Position numbers and translations under genes: made by a program. This document shows positions 51,762 to 61,713 of a stretch of 64,000 bases of DNA, piece after piece. Every line of letters starts with the position of its first letter. Positions within the stretch are counted from its first letter, which is position 1. Below the pieces are notes generated by a model. It saw only the letters and a program-made list of their open reading frames with translations, made no database searches and had not been told where the DNA came from. Origin of the DNA: Yuukianura sp. NJ FZ-2021 (taxonomy: Eukaryota); assembly GCA_046563655.1 (NCBI GenBank), contig CM102289.1, forward strand, positions 992,001-1,056,000. The letters run 5' to 3'.

Positions 51762-52990
51762 CAAATTTATGCTATTTAGGCTTGTTATAACCAAACTTGT
51801 TTTCGCCCCAAATATTGTGGCGCCAAAGAAAAACTAGCGCATTTATTTTGAACTTGCCGGTGATGTTTACACATCACGAAATTAACTTGAAGCACTACGT
51901 CATCGTTGGGTCAAACGAAACAGCTAGTCGGTTCTTGAGATGGAGCAAGAGGATTTTTAAGATGTGTTTATCACTTTTAGCCTAAACGAGCTGCAGGATT
52001 TGTAATTGATAGAGCAAAAGGCCAAATCAAATAAAATTGTTTGCTTGATTATTTTATTAATTTTTTGTGACGAATTCGTTTCTTGCGGTGCAGAATTTAC
52101 TTTTGTGTCAAATTTGAATTCAGTTTTCATGTGATCAACAATGTATTCCGTTGAGGAGCAAAAGGTGAAGGTCTCGTCAGCAGTCTAAACTTAATCTAGA
52201 TCCCACTGGTGAATTAATATTTAATAAAGCACGAAAGTTAACTTTTTTTTTAAAATGTTTTTTTTACAACATTTTCATCTTCCCTTTTTTACAGCAGTAA
52301 AATGACACCTCGCATTACTAACGCAGTCTCACGAGTGGTTTTTTCAGTTTTTTTACGAAAGTATATAGTGGGGAGGATTGATTGTTTATAATTTTTCTGT
52401 GACAACGTTTTTCTTCGGTTGGAGTACAAAGTAAATTCATCCATTGTAACCATCCAGTTTAAATAATCATCGGACCCATAGTCCAGATCTGTTTTAGGAT
52501 TGTAAAATGAAGTTATACAAGTTTTATTACGCTTATAATTACTAAGAATTCATTGAAAATCAATTCCAAATAGTCGATTTTGTGCCAAATAGCGAACACT
52601 GGTTACAAGTAACACACGTCGTTACCTCAACCAAGTTTTGCACGAATTTAATTCCTTGGATACCACTACACTACATACTTTTGCAAAAGACAATTAAAAA
52701 ACGGCTCGTGAGACTAGCTTAGACAGCACGTGTATCGTTTTGTTTAGTTACCTTGGGCAAAACATGCTATGTGGCTGTTCCACGACGCGACAGTGCTAAA
52801 TTGAGTGGTCTAGACGAAGAAAGGGCTATGTCACGTTGATTAAAAAACAATTTTACTTCAATTATTGTTATTCATATATTTTTACATCTACTTCTAACGC
52901 AAAAATTGCTTGTTTGTAAAATTATTTGCTAAATATTTTCCTTAGAAACGAGACAGGCTCCATCTGTTGGACATCAAAAAGACAAAAAAA

Positions 52991-55900
52991 ATGGATCCAA
53001 AAATGATTTTGTTTGTCACTCCCATTGTCTTTTGTGCTGGAATTCAGTTATCCAGTTGTTTTTTGCTTGAACACATTAACTTGGATATGTATTTGGGCGG
53101 AAGTTGGGCCGCATGCTACAACCATGTGATCTTGTACTCCAATTACTCCAACATCTACAGTTCTCATGCATTAACATTGGATAGGCATGGGAAAATGGCC
53201 GTTCCAAGGCGTTTTGAAAATAGCTCTTGCGCCAAAGTAGAAAAGACTGGCAACGCCACTGTAATCAGCAGTCCGCCATTCTGTCCAAGAGACAACCTCC
53301 ACTATATGACGAGAAAAGTGGACTGCATAGGTGTTACTGCTGTTTTCCCATTGACACAACATCAAGAAAATGAAATGCTTATCTACTTGAGTCGGTACTG
53401 GCTGCCAATATCGTTTTACAAGGTTGATAGCCCAAAGCATCAACCGTATAACAAGCGCATTGATAAGTTAGTAGATGGATACGGTATACAGCCTGTTCTG
53501 TTGCAAACAATCACAGACTCATGCCGATTCGAGTACATCATGAACGCCCCGACAAATAAATTTATAAAATGGAAAAACAAGGTAATGTTTAGGAAATATT
53601 TTAATTGGTTCCTTGTGAGAGTGGTCTACAAAGAATGCAAAAGATTTATCGTCGGTGGACAATTTGAAATATCCGTTGGGGTTCCCGGGCTTTGCATCAG
53701 AAAGTTCTTGGTTCTCAATTCGCAGTATTTGCCGCCATTTGTTAAATTTGATTCGATAAAACAAAAAGTTCTGAAAACGTTGCCGATCGGTTTGGTGGGC
53801 GACCAAAATGAACTACTACTGCCCAGGAATATTTACTCCGCAATTAGTCAGTTTCTTTTGGCTCCTTATAATCAAAGTGATGATGCTGACGCAGGTAACT
53901 AGTTTTGAACAAAATAAACGGTTGTAAACCGGTGTACGTAAGTAGCGAAGATAGCGCCCCCCCCCCCGGGAGTGGGGATGGGTTTCCCCCACTTTCCCGC
54001 CACCCTTTCCCGAGTGAGTAGAAATGGGTTCCCCGGGCATCCCCGGGGGAGTTTAGTTGGGTTTCCCCCCGGGGGGAATGGAGACAGGTTCCCCCTGGGG
54101 AGTGGAGATGGGTTCACCCGGGGGAGTGGGGGTGGGTTCCACCACTTCTTCCAATGGGACAACAGGAGAACGCTAAAATAAAAAAAGTTGACCTTTGACC
54201 CGGAAGGAGGTCACTTGGGGTCATGTGATGTACACAAAAGTTGTTGCACTCGATGAGACGAACAACTTTTGTAGAGGTCATTTTCCGTGTTACCGGGGAT
54301 TAAACCGGTTGACCTTGACCTTTAACCCGGAAGGAGTTGACCCACCGGGATGATATTCAATAGTGAACATCACCGGGTCACTAGGTGTCCACCGGTGAAA
54401 ACAGATCCCGGAAATGGTTAACCGTTTCCGAGATAATTGCCGGAGACGGACGGACGGACGGCCGGACGGCCGGCCAGACAGACAAGGTCGATGTATAAAG
54501 TAGCTTCGCTACTTAATAAAGTCACAAGAGAAATTTTAGCAGTTACTAATTTTATCAGTGTAAAATTTGGAGAAAGTTTCACGTTTGACCAACTTCGACC
54601 TTTTCACCTATGAGCTTGTTTGTAGTCTCTTTAATTTTTACGTTTACTTAGCTCTTGGCATTCGATGACTTCTGATTTTTTCTATTTTACTTTCTGACGA
54701 AATTGGGGGTTTGGTGATAGGTTAGGCAATAACTTTAGTTTTCAAAAAATCCTAACTCAGACTATTCTTCTACTTTCTTCCTCTATTCGAGCTTGTATCG
54801 TGAATGTTAAATTACAAAGCAATCTCTTTTTGTAGTAGTGAACTCCATACTCCTACAACTGAGAGAATCAGTGGTGCTGGATGATTAAACGCCCAGTGGC
54901 TTAATTGCCACGTCTACTGGATATCCACTGGAAGAAATGTGTCACAAATGGACGAAACTAATATTGGGTGAAAAAATAAACATTTAGCGCTAAAATAAAG
55001 AAAAATCAAATTTAAAATTACAAAATAATATCAAAAGGCTTGTCTTTCTTGATAAAATTAAATATTTATTTAAGACTCATTTAAAAACGACATCTACTTA
55101 CTTTGTTTGCTGTAATTTCATTGTTTTTAGTTTTTTGTATTCAATTAAAACGAACCTCGCTGGCAAAGCTCTGCCATTTTGGATTAATCCAGTTCGTCCA
55201 TTTCTTCCACTGGATATCCAGCCGTGGATGAAATGTCAAAAAATGGATATCAAGCCACACTGCCGAAAATACAAGAGGTTACATTCGTTTTGAAAATATT
55301 AGACAAAACAACGCAGCCTTATTGCCACACCGAGGCTGCTATGCTAAGGGGGTCTGTTTTTTTTTCTTTTTAACTAATAAAATCTTCGTTTAACGCATGC
55401 ACTGAACTTTTGCACTTTGTTCTTCAATAATCAACGAAAATTGTTGTGACATAATTTTTGCAGATAAAGTTGGTGTTGCCCTTGCAGCACATTCACACAA
55501 CTCATGGGGTGGTGAGTGGAAAGTTCCGCTTAAGGCGCTCCATGCATACGGAATTACATGCTACCGAGAAGGCACATTATTGGAAGTTGTAGATTATATT
55601 CGGCCCTTTGCCGTATCCTCGTGGATGAACTTGTGTGGAACAATAACATTCGCGTGTATCTTTTTTGCTGTATGTCCACAGTACAAGGCCGTATCACGCC
55701 AAATGCCGGTATTCATGTACTCAACATTATTAGAGGTCGGCTTCTCATTGAACTATGTTCCTGGAATGCCTGGAAAAGCACTTAACCTTTTTACCACAAT
55801 ATTTCTGATGGTGGCCCTGGTGCTTACGAATGGATACAAGGGAGTTGTAACTACATCCCTCGCACTCCCATTTGCAGAAGAAGAATTGGATAGCTTCGAA

Positions 55901-56824
55901 ATGGCAGTTGATCGGAACTATGGACTTCTCGACACAGGGTCTCCGGCGACTGAGATGTACAAATTTTGTTGCAATCAAACAGACGGCTTGGGCGGCATGA
56001 TCCTCCTCCCAGACGAAGGTGCGCGCACAATTGGGGGAGAAACTTGTGCGGAGTACGTTACCGCGAAGTCACAAATTGAATGGATGGAGACCATGAATGC
56101 ATTTCGCCAACCAGGAAACCAATGGGAATATTATACATCGTCAGCTATAGAACTTAAACAAAGGTCAATGGATCAGATGAAAAACAATGGCAAAGCTGGA
56201 CTCGCGGCTTACAACCTACTCAAACGCATACGAATTATCCCATGTGGAGTGTCGCCTACCGAAGCCATAATGCAATGCAATAAAGAAATTGCCATTCAAT
56301 ACGATACAATGGATCCGGCAGAGGCCAAACGTCACATGGACTTTGTAGCAGAAATTTACGCTAAACAAAATGCGGCACAGGCACCCTACTATTTCAAAGA
56401 CAAAATGATGTTTCTCAGCGATCTAATGTTTGTGACTTCTCTTGACGTTAGTTTTGAGGGCTACGACTTTACAAAGGGTTTAAGGCGGTTAGCAGAGTCT
56501 GGAACAATTGTGAGTCGTTATGCAACTTTCCTTGCCTTGAAGATCAAAAAGGAAAAGGAAATGGCATTTAAACGTGCGGAACGAAGACCAGACGGACCGC
56601 AGAAGTTGGCTTTGAGTTCCAGAATGGGACTGATTTTTGTTTTCCTGGTCCTTGGTTCCACATTGTCTCTGGTCTCTGTAACGGTGGAAGCTGTTTTGAT
56701 TCCCAACTACTCGTTTGTTAAAATTTACTTGCCGACTATGAGAAATCAGTTTAAAGCAAAATTCAAATTCAGAAACAAGCAAAATCTTATGTTCATACGT
56801 GTTAAACAGAAACGAGTAGAGTAG
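52991..56824 (+). CDS. IR-like type A copy 3 (intact); exons 52991-53894, 55464-56824
   Basis: The phase-1 GT-AG splice gives a continuous frame (DA-DKVGVAL...YREGTLLEVVDYIRPF), with the same IR-like motifs as A1. Confidence 0.8.
53908..54520 (-). mobile_element. DINE-1/HINE-like (Helentron-associated) non-autonomous element
   Basis: Subterminal inverted repeats AAGTAGCGAAG (53940) / CTTCGCTACTT (54504), an adjacent partial IR forming the AAGTAGCTTCGCTACTT hairpin, a GTCY microsatellite on the minus strand, and a terminal stem-loop CGGTT-GTA-AACCG. The ends are T-rich. Confidence 0.75.
54869..55262. mobile_element. hAT-type MITE of the same family as 24251-25123, in opposite orientation
   Basis: Reverse-complement match to both ends of the A1-intron element (CAGTGGCTTAATTGCCAC; TTCTTCCACTGGATATCCAGCCGTG). 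No clear TSD. Confidence 0.7.
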
Positions 56825-57069
56825 AGAACAGCAACTAATACGAACGAATTTGGAAATGCCCACCAAAATAATATTAAATATTTCACCAAAAACTAAAAAA
56901 TATTTAACAATTTCCGAGATAATTTCCGCCAACGGACAGCCAGGCAGACAGAAAAGGTGGATGCATAAAGTAGCTTTTTCTTCTTAATTTTCTTGAAACA
57001 CGAACTGCATAGTAAAGGAAGTTAATTTTCATGGATCTTCAGGTAGCGAGGGGCGGTGACATAAATTTA

Positions 57070-57617
57070 CACGCTGGTTAAGGACAGCAGTATTGATGTT
57101 TTTAAAAATTACTATAAGAAAACTAGTGAAGTACACAAGTACCCTACGTCATCATCTTGTAATAACATTAAAATGCAGGTGCCTAAACAAATAACTCAAA
57201 AAAATAGCTTAATTACGTACCAATCTAGATCAGTTCAACTTTGGAACAATTCGAATGAAGAAGTAGTAAAGTCAAACAACTTAATGAATTTTAAAAGAAC
57301 ACTGAAAAAAGTTTTACTAAAAGAGCAAAATGAAAAATATGATAAGTAATTAAGGTAATTAATTAGTGTAGGTTAGAATAGATGTATGTATTAATTAGCA
57401 AATTAGTTAAGTAAGTAAAATTATATTACGATCACACAGACTCTTAGTGTAGGTTAGACTAGGTATTAATTAAGAGATAGTTAAGATAGATTACTTGTAA
57501 TACCAACGATCTTTTTTGTGTAAGACCACTTAAGTGGGTACAATTAAGAACAAAAATTTAATATTGAAAAGCATACATTGAATAAATCAAAAATATGAAC
57601 TCAAAAAAAAAAAAAAA
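57070..57617 (+). mobile_element. 5'-truncated non-LTR retrotransposon (LINE) 3' end with poly(A)
   Basis: Translates to SVQLWNNSNEEVVKSNNLMNFKRTLKKVLL, typical of a CR1/L2-group ORF2 C-terminus. AATAAA at 57581 and a poly(A) tail at 57603-57617. It interrupts the conserved B upstream module, with AAATTT-like flanks. Confidence 0.75.
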
Positions 57618-57794
57618 TTTCGAAAAATGAAACACAAGGAACGGAAATGTATTTCCTTCAAAGCAAAGCACAACATTATGACTTAAATATTAGACGGATG
57701 GGTTAAATTCACTTGTAAGTGGGTGGACCACGACAGTACCAAATTAGAATTTGCCTTCAATGTGTGATACTTTGTAATAAATAAGAAACTAGCA

Positions 57795-58026
57795 ATGGAG
57801 CTAAATTTTGAAGTCGTTTTTCTTTTATGTTTCCTTCAATTTGTTGTTGTCAATTTAGAGTTGACTCCTGAATTAATTCAAGTGACAAATTTGAATCTCC
57901 TTGTAGATCAGTTTCCAAATAGTGACAATATGTTAGTACTACCAGGCTACAGACATCCAGAAATCACTCAAGGATTTAAAGCCCCAGTTAAACTTTACTA
58001 TGTAAACACAAAAAATAGTGTTCATT
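57795..58026 (+). pseudogene. Truncated IR-like type B copy 4 (first about 77 codons)
   Basis: MELNFEVVFLL...KNSVH aligns to the B N-terminus, then switches abruptly into the HINE remnant and the B5 upstream module. Confidence 0.88.
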
Positions 58027-58331
58027 CGGCCGACGGCCGGCAGACAGACATACAACGCGGATGCATAAAGTAGTTTTCGCTTTTTTTAGTAAAACACGAA
58101 CTGCATATTAAGGGAAATTTTAGTTCGTAAGGGGCGGCCACATTATGGCGGCCTAATTTAAAAATAAAATAAGCACGAAGAGCGGAAATGTACTTCCTTC
58201 AAAACAGATTTTGCACAACATTATGATTTAAATATTAAGCAAAGCAGGATAAATTGACTGGTACGTGGGTGTTCCGCCACAGTACTTAACTTTTGCCCGT
58301 AATTTTTGGTAGGTTGCACTAAAAGGAAGCA

Positions 58332-60710
58332 ATGGAGCTAAATTTAGAATTTTTTTTTCTTCTATATTTCCATCAATTTGTTGTAGTCAATTTAGAATTG
58401 ACTCGTGAATCATTTCAAGTGACTAATCTGCATCTCCTTGTGAATCAGTTTCAAAATAGTGACAATTTATTAGTGCTACCAGGCTACAGACACCCTGAAA
58501 TCACTAAAGGATTTAAGGCTCCAGTTAAACTGTATTACGTAACAACAAAGCATAGTGTCCATTGCGATACATCCATGGAAACTGTATTGTTTGATTTCCT
58601 AAATATGCACTTGGGCCAATTAGAAAACAGAGCAAACAAACTCACATATTTTATAGTATTTATCCTTTTCCCCACACTTTGGTTTGATAAAATCGTGAGA
58701 CAACGTACAGTACAGCCAATCATCTGTTTCACAGCAGTAAAGCATTACTCTCATTTAATGTATAAATTAAATGTTGTACTTCATACTATAGATTTTAAAC
58801 TGATATCGCCTTATTTTGCTGTTGATTTCGAGTTTCGTTTTGGTGTAGCAGCCAATCCCACCGTTTCCTTTCTTGTTGTACCGTTGAACGGTACTGGCCG
58901 TACCGTAACAGCTATTGAAACGATACTTTTCGAGCACGACTACCGTTCTGTTGAAACAAATTTCACGAAAACGCCATTTTCCATGCCTGTAATGTCAATG
59001 GTCAAACAAGTACGGAAACAAGCGGAACAGACTTATTATCTCCACTACGGAAATTATGTAAAACTAGAATTAATTAAAGAGGCTTTAAATCCATTCAAGG
59101 CACAAATTGGAAAAAACTTGACACTCGTAGACTATTTCCGACTCCTTGTGCACGAAAACGTTGAACTTTTTGTTCCTTCGGACATTGCAGAAATTTTAAA
59201 AAGTACTACATCAAATCCAGATATGCTTTTGAAGCATGACATTTTCCAAGATAGAATTAATTTTCAAATATACGACGATTTTACAAACGGGAGGTTTTTG
59301 GTAGTAATGGGATCGCATGTTCTAAATTTCCTAACATGTGATGGTACAAATGGAGTAGTTACGTTTGAATTTTATGCCGCACCATATGACAAGTATTGTT
59401 GGTTTAGTGCAATTATCGGATGTTGTTTAGTTGCTTTGACTTGTACTGCATTCTACGTCAAATATTCCATTAGTATGACGGTAAAAAAAATTGTGCTCTA
59501 CTGGATGAACGTTTTGTTTGTGACTTCGCTCACTTTAGTTGACGTTTTTCAAAAACTTCCGCAACAACGAAATGGAAAAGACAATACCAAGTTGATGATG
59601 TGTTTGTGGGCTGTTATGTTTGTTGTTTTGACAAATGCGTATAAAGGCGTTGTAGTTTCATTTCTAACGTCGCAGCTACCCATTAGTCAAACCTACTTTA
59701 CAACTAAACAGTTGCAAGATTTTGTTATCCTTCAAGATTCGAATACATATCGACGCTATTTTAAAGACTATAAGAAAATATTCGACTACTCTACAGTTTA
59801 CATCAACTCTTCAGACCTTGAAACCCAAATTGTTTGTGATTGTGTCCCTTTCCCACGTGACTCTTCTCCACTCGTGCACTTTGAAGCTGTTGAAAATTTG
59901 GCACTTCAACAACTAGTCCACCTAAGTAAAACAAACCGTGCAACTTGCCGAACTACGTCTGACGTGCAAATAAAGACAAACTACGATAATTTGTATTCAG
60001 TGCTGTATTGTGACACTTATGCGATCGCGGCCAAGGCAGATACAACTTCAGACAAAATAGAAGTGAATGGTATTGTTGTACATTCTGTTTTACCAAACAA
60101 CTTCATAGCTGTTCATGTTGTTACATTTGTTGAAAATTCTTACTACGAATCTGATATTAAATTTGTGGTTACAAAATTAGCACAAATGCTTTCCCCTTGT
60201 ACAAAAATGGCTTTAATGGGTCTAGAGACGAACTTGGATCTGTTTTTAGCCAACTATGAAAATATGCAAAACTCAAAATCCAAAGACCAAATAGTACATG
60301 TTCCCAGTACTCTTAAGTTTAGAAAAGGAAATGAGACCATTGCTGAAATGTGGACAGGCTACAGCATTGATAAGGAATATGTGTATACAAAAATTCAAAA
60401 ACTTTTGGCGGGAGGGATTTTTCAGGTTTGGGATAAATGGCAACCAGTGCGTAATCCAACAGCTCGGGATAAGATTATGAAAGAGAATGTAAAAACAAAG
60501 AGGCTGTTGGCTCTGCCTTCAAAACTAAATTTAAGTGGAAATATTATTACATCCTTCTATTTACTTTTTGCTGGAGTGTTTCTTTGCGTTGTAATCTTTC
60601 TTTATGAGGTAAAATATTTTATATATACATATATTATTATACATGTGTACGAATGTAAGAGAGAATTTCCCAAGCGTTCTACTCCAGTTGTGCTTTTGGA
60701 GGTGCTGTAA
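58332..60710 (+). CDS. Divergent IR-like protein, type B copy 5 (intact, 792 aa)
   Basis: Single ORF paralogous to B2. Confidence 0.8.
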   Translation: MELNLEFFFLLYFHQFVVVNLELTRESFQVTNLHLLVNQFQNSDNLLVLPGYRHPEITKGFKAPVKLYYVTTKHSVHCDTSMETVLFDFLNMHLGQLENRANKLTYFIVFILFPTLWFDKIVRQRTVQPIICFTAVKHYSHLMYKLNVVLHTIDFKLISPYFAVDFEFRFGVAANPTVSFLVVPLNGTGRTVTAIETILFEHDYRSVETNFTKTPFSMPVMSMVKQVRKQAEQTYYLHYGNYVKLELIKEALNPFKAQIGKNLTLVDYFRLLVHENVELFVPSDIAEILKSTTSNPDMLLKHDIFQDRINFQIYDDFTNGRFLVVMGSHVLNFLTCDGTNGVVTFEFYAAPYDKYCWFSAIIGCCLVALTCTAFYVKYSISMTVKKIVLYWMNVLFVTSLTLVDVFQKLPQQRNGKDNTKLMMCLWAVMFVVLTNAYKGVVVSFLTSQLPISQTYFTTKQLQDFVILQDSNTYRRYFKDYKKIFDYSTVYINSSDLETQIVCDCVPFPRDSSPLVHFEAVENLALQQLVHLSKTNRATCRTTSDVQIKTNYDNLYSVLYCDTYAIAAKADTTSDKIEVNGIVVHSVLPNNFIAVHVVTFVENSYYESDIKFVVTKLAQMLSPCTKMALMGLETNLDLFLANYENMQNSKSKDQIVHVPSTLKFRKGNETIAEMWTGYSIDKEYVYTKIQKLLAGGIFQVWDKWQPVRNPTARDKIMKENVKTKRLLALPSKLNLSGNIITSFYLLFAGVFLCVVIFLYEVKYFIYTYIIIHVYECKREFPKRSTPVVLLEVL

Positions 60711-61713
60711 CCAAACTTGTTTTGGTTCCAAACATTGTTGCACCAATCACAAACTTAGTACATTTGTTCTGAATATTAACTTAGAAGATATTGAAAAAAT
60801 GCATTCATTGAAAAATTTAGCTCTTAACCTTAGAATCTAGGTTAGAATTTGCCCGCTGAGGTTACTAAAAACGTCACGCGGTTTTCTTTACACATTTCAG
60901 TTCTGTCTCTGGAATGCGTCATTCAATGCGAAAACTTAAGCTTAAACTTACTTAAGCAATTGGAACATTAAGTAAGTTAAGTAAGTCAGTCAGTAATAAA
61001 TCAGAGATGTAAAACTCTTTTCTTATTTATTCGAACAGAAAATTACCAAAACTTGTTTCCTATTTTAAATTTCCAGTTTATAGGCTATTCTATCATAATT
61101 TGCCGGATTAGTGATTTGGAATTAACTAACTGCAATTAATCAGGCCAGACTACACTTGATTAATTAAAAAGAATGCGTTGCAAATTTTAAAAAATGTAGC
61201 AGTGGATTAGGCGGTCTAAGCTATAAAATTTTAATTAAAGTCATTCTCATTGGGGAAATTAATGCAGTTAGATAATTTTAATTTTGAAAAGTAGAATTCA
61301 GTAAGGGAAATGTTTTCAATAATAGTATACGCGAAATTCTTTGTTATGACATTGTGTATGAATATTATATCATTATAGTTCAAATTAATTGCAACTAAAC
61401 TCGTTGAAAAGTTTAGGCAAAAACATCTATTTAGGCGACAACAGTTGGTATGACATACCAGAACACCCGAAGATCGCATTTTCCATTTTGACATTTTTAT
61501 AAAACCGCAGGTGACCATGGTGAGCTTCCAAGAAATCAGTCAAATTTTACTTTTTGAAAAATTCTAATGGCCGTGAACCTTTTGTGAAGTGAAGTTTTTA
61601 TGAAATTCATTGTCCTCGATGATAAATTACTATTTTAAATTTACCCGGGACAATGCTACATTTTCACTTAAATATCAAAAGGTATGAAAAAAAACAAACA
61701 GTCAATTGCCAAA

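Noticed and set aside
53816..54181. Pro/Gly-rich ORFs
   Set aside because: They arise from the G/C-run interior of the HINE-like element inside the A3 intron.
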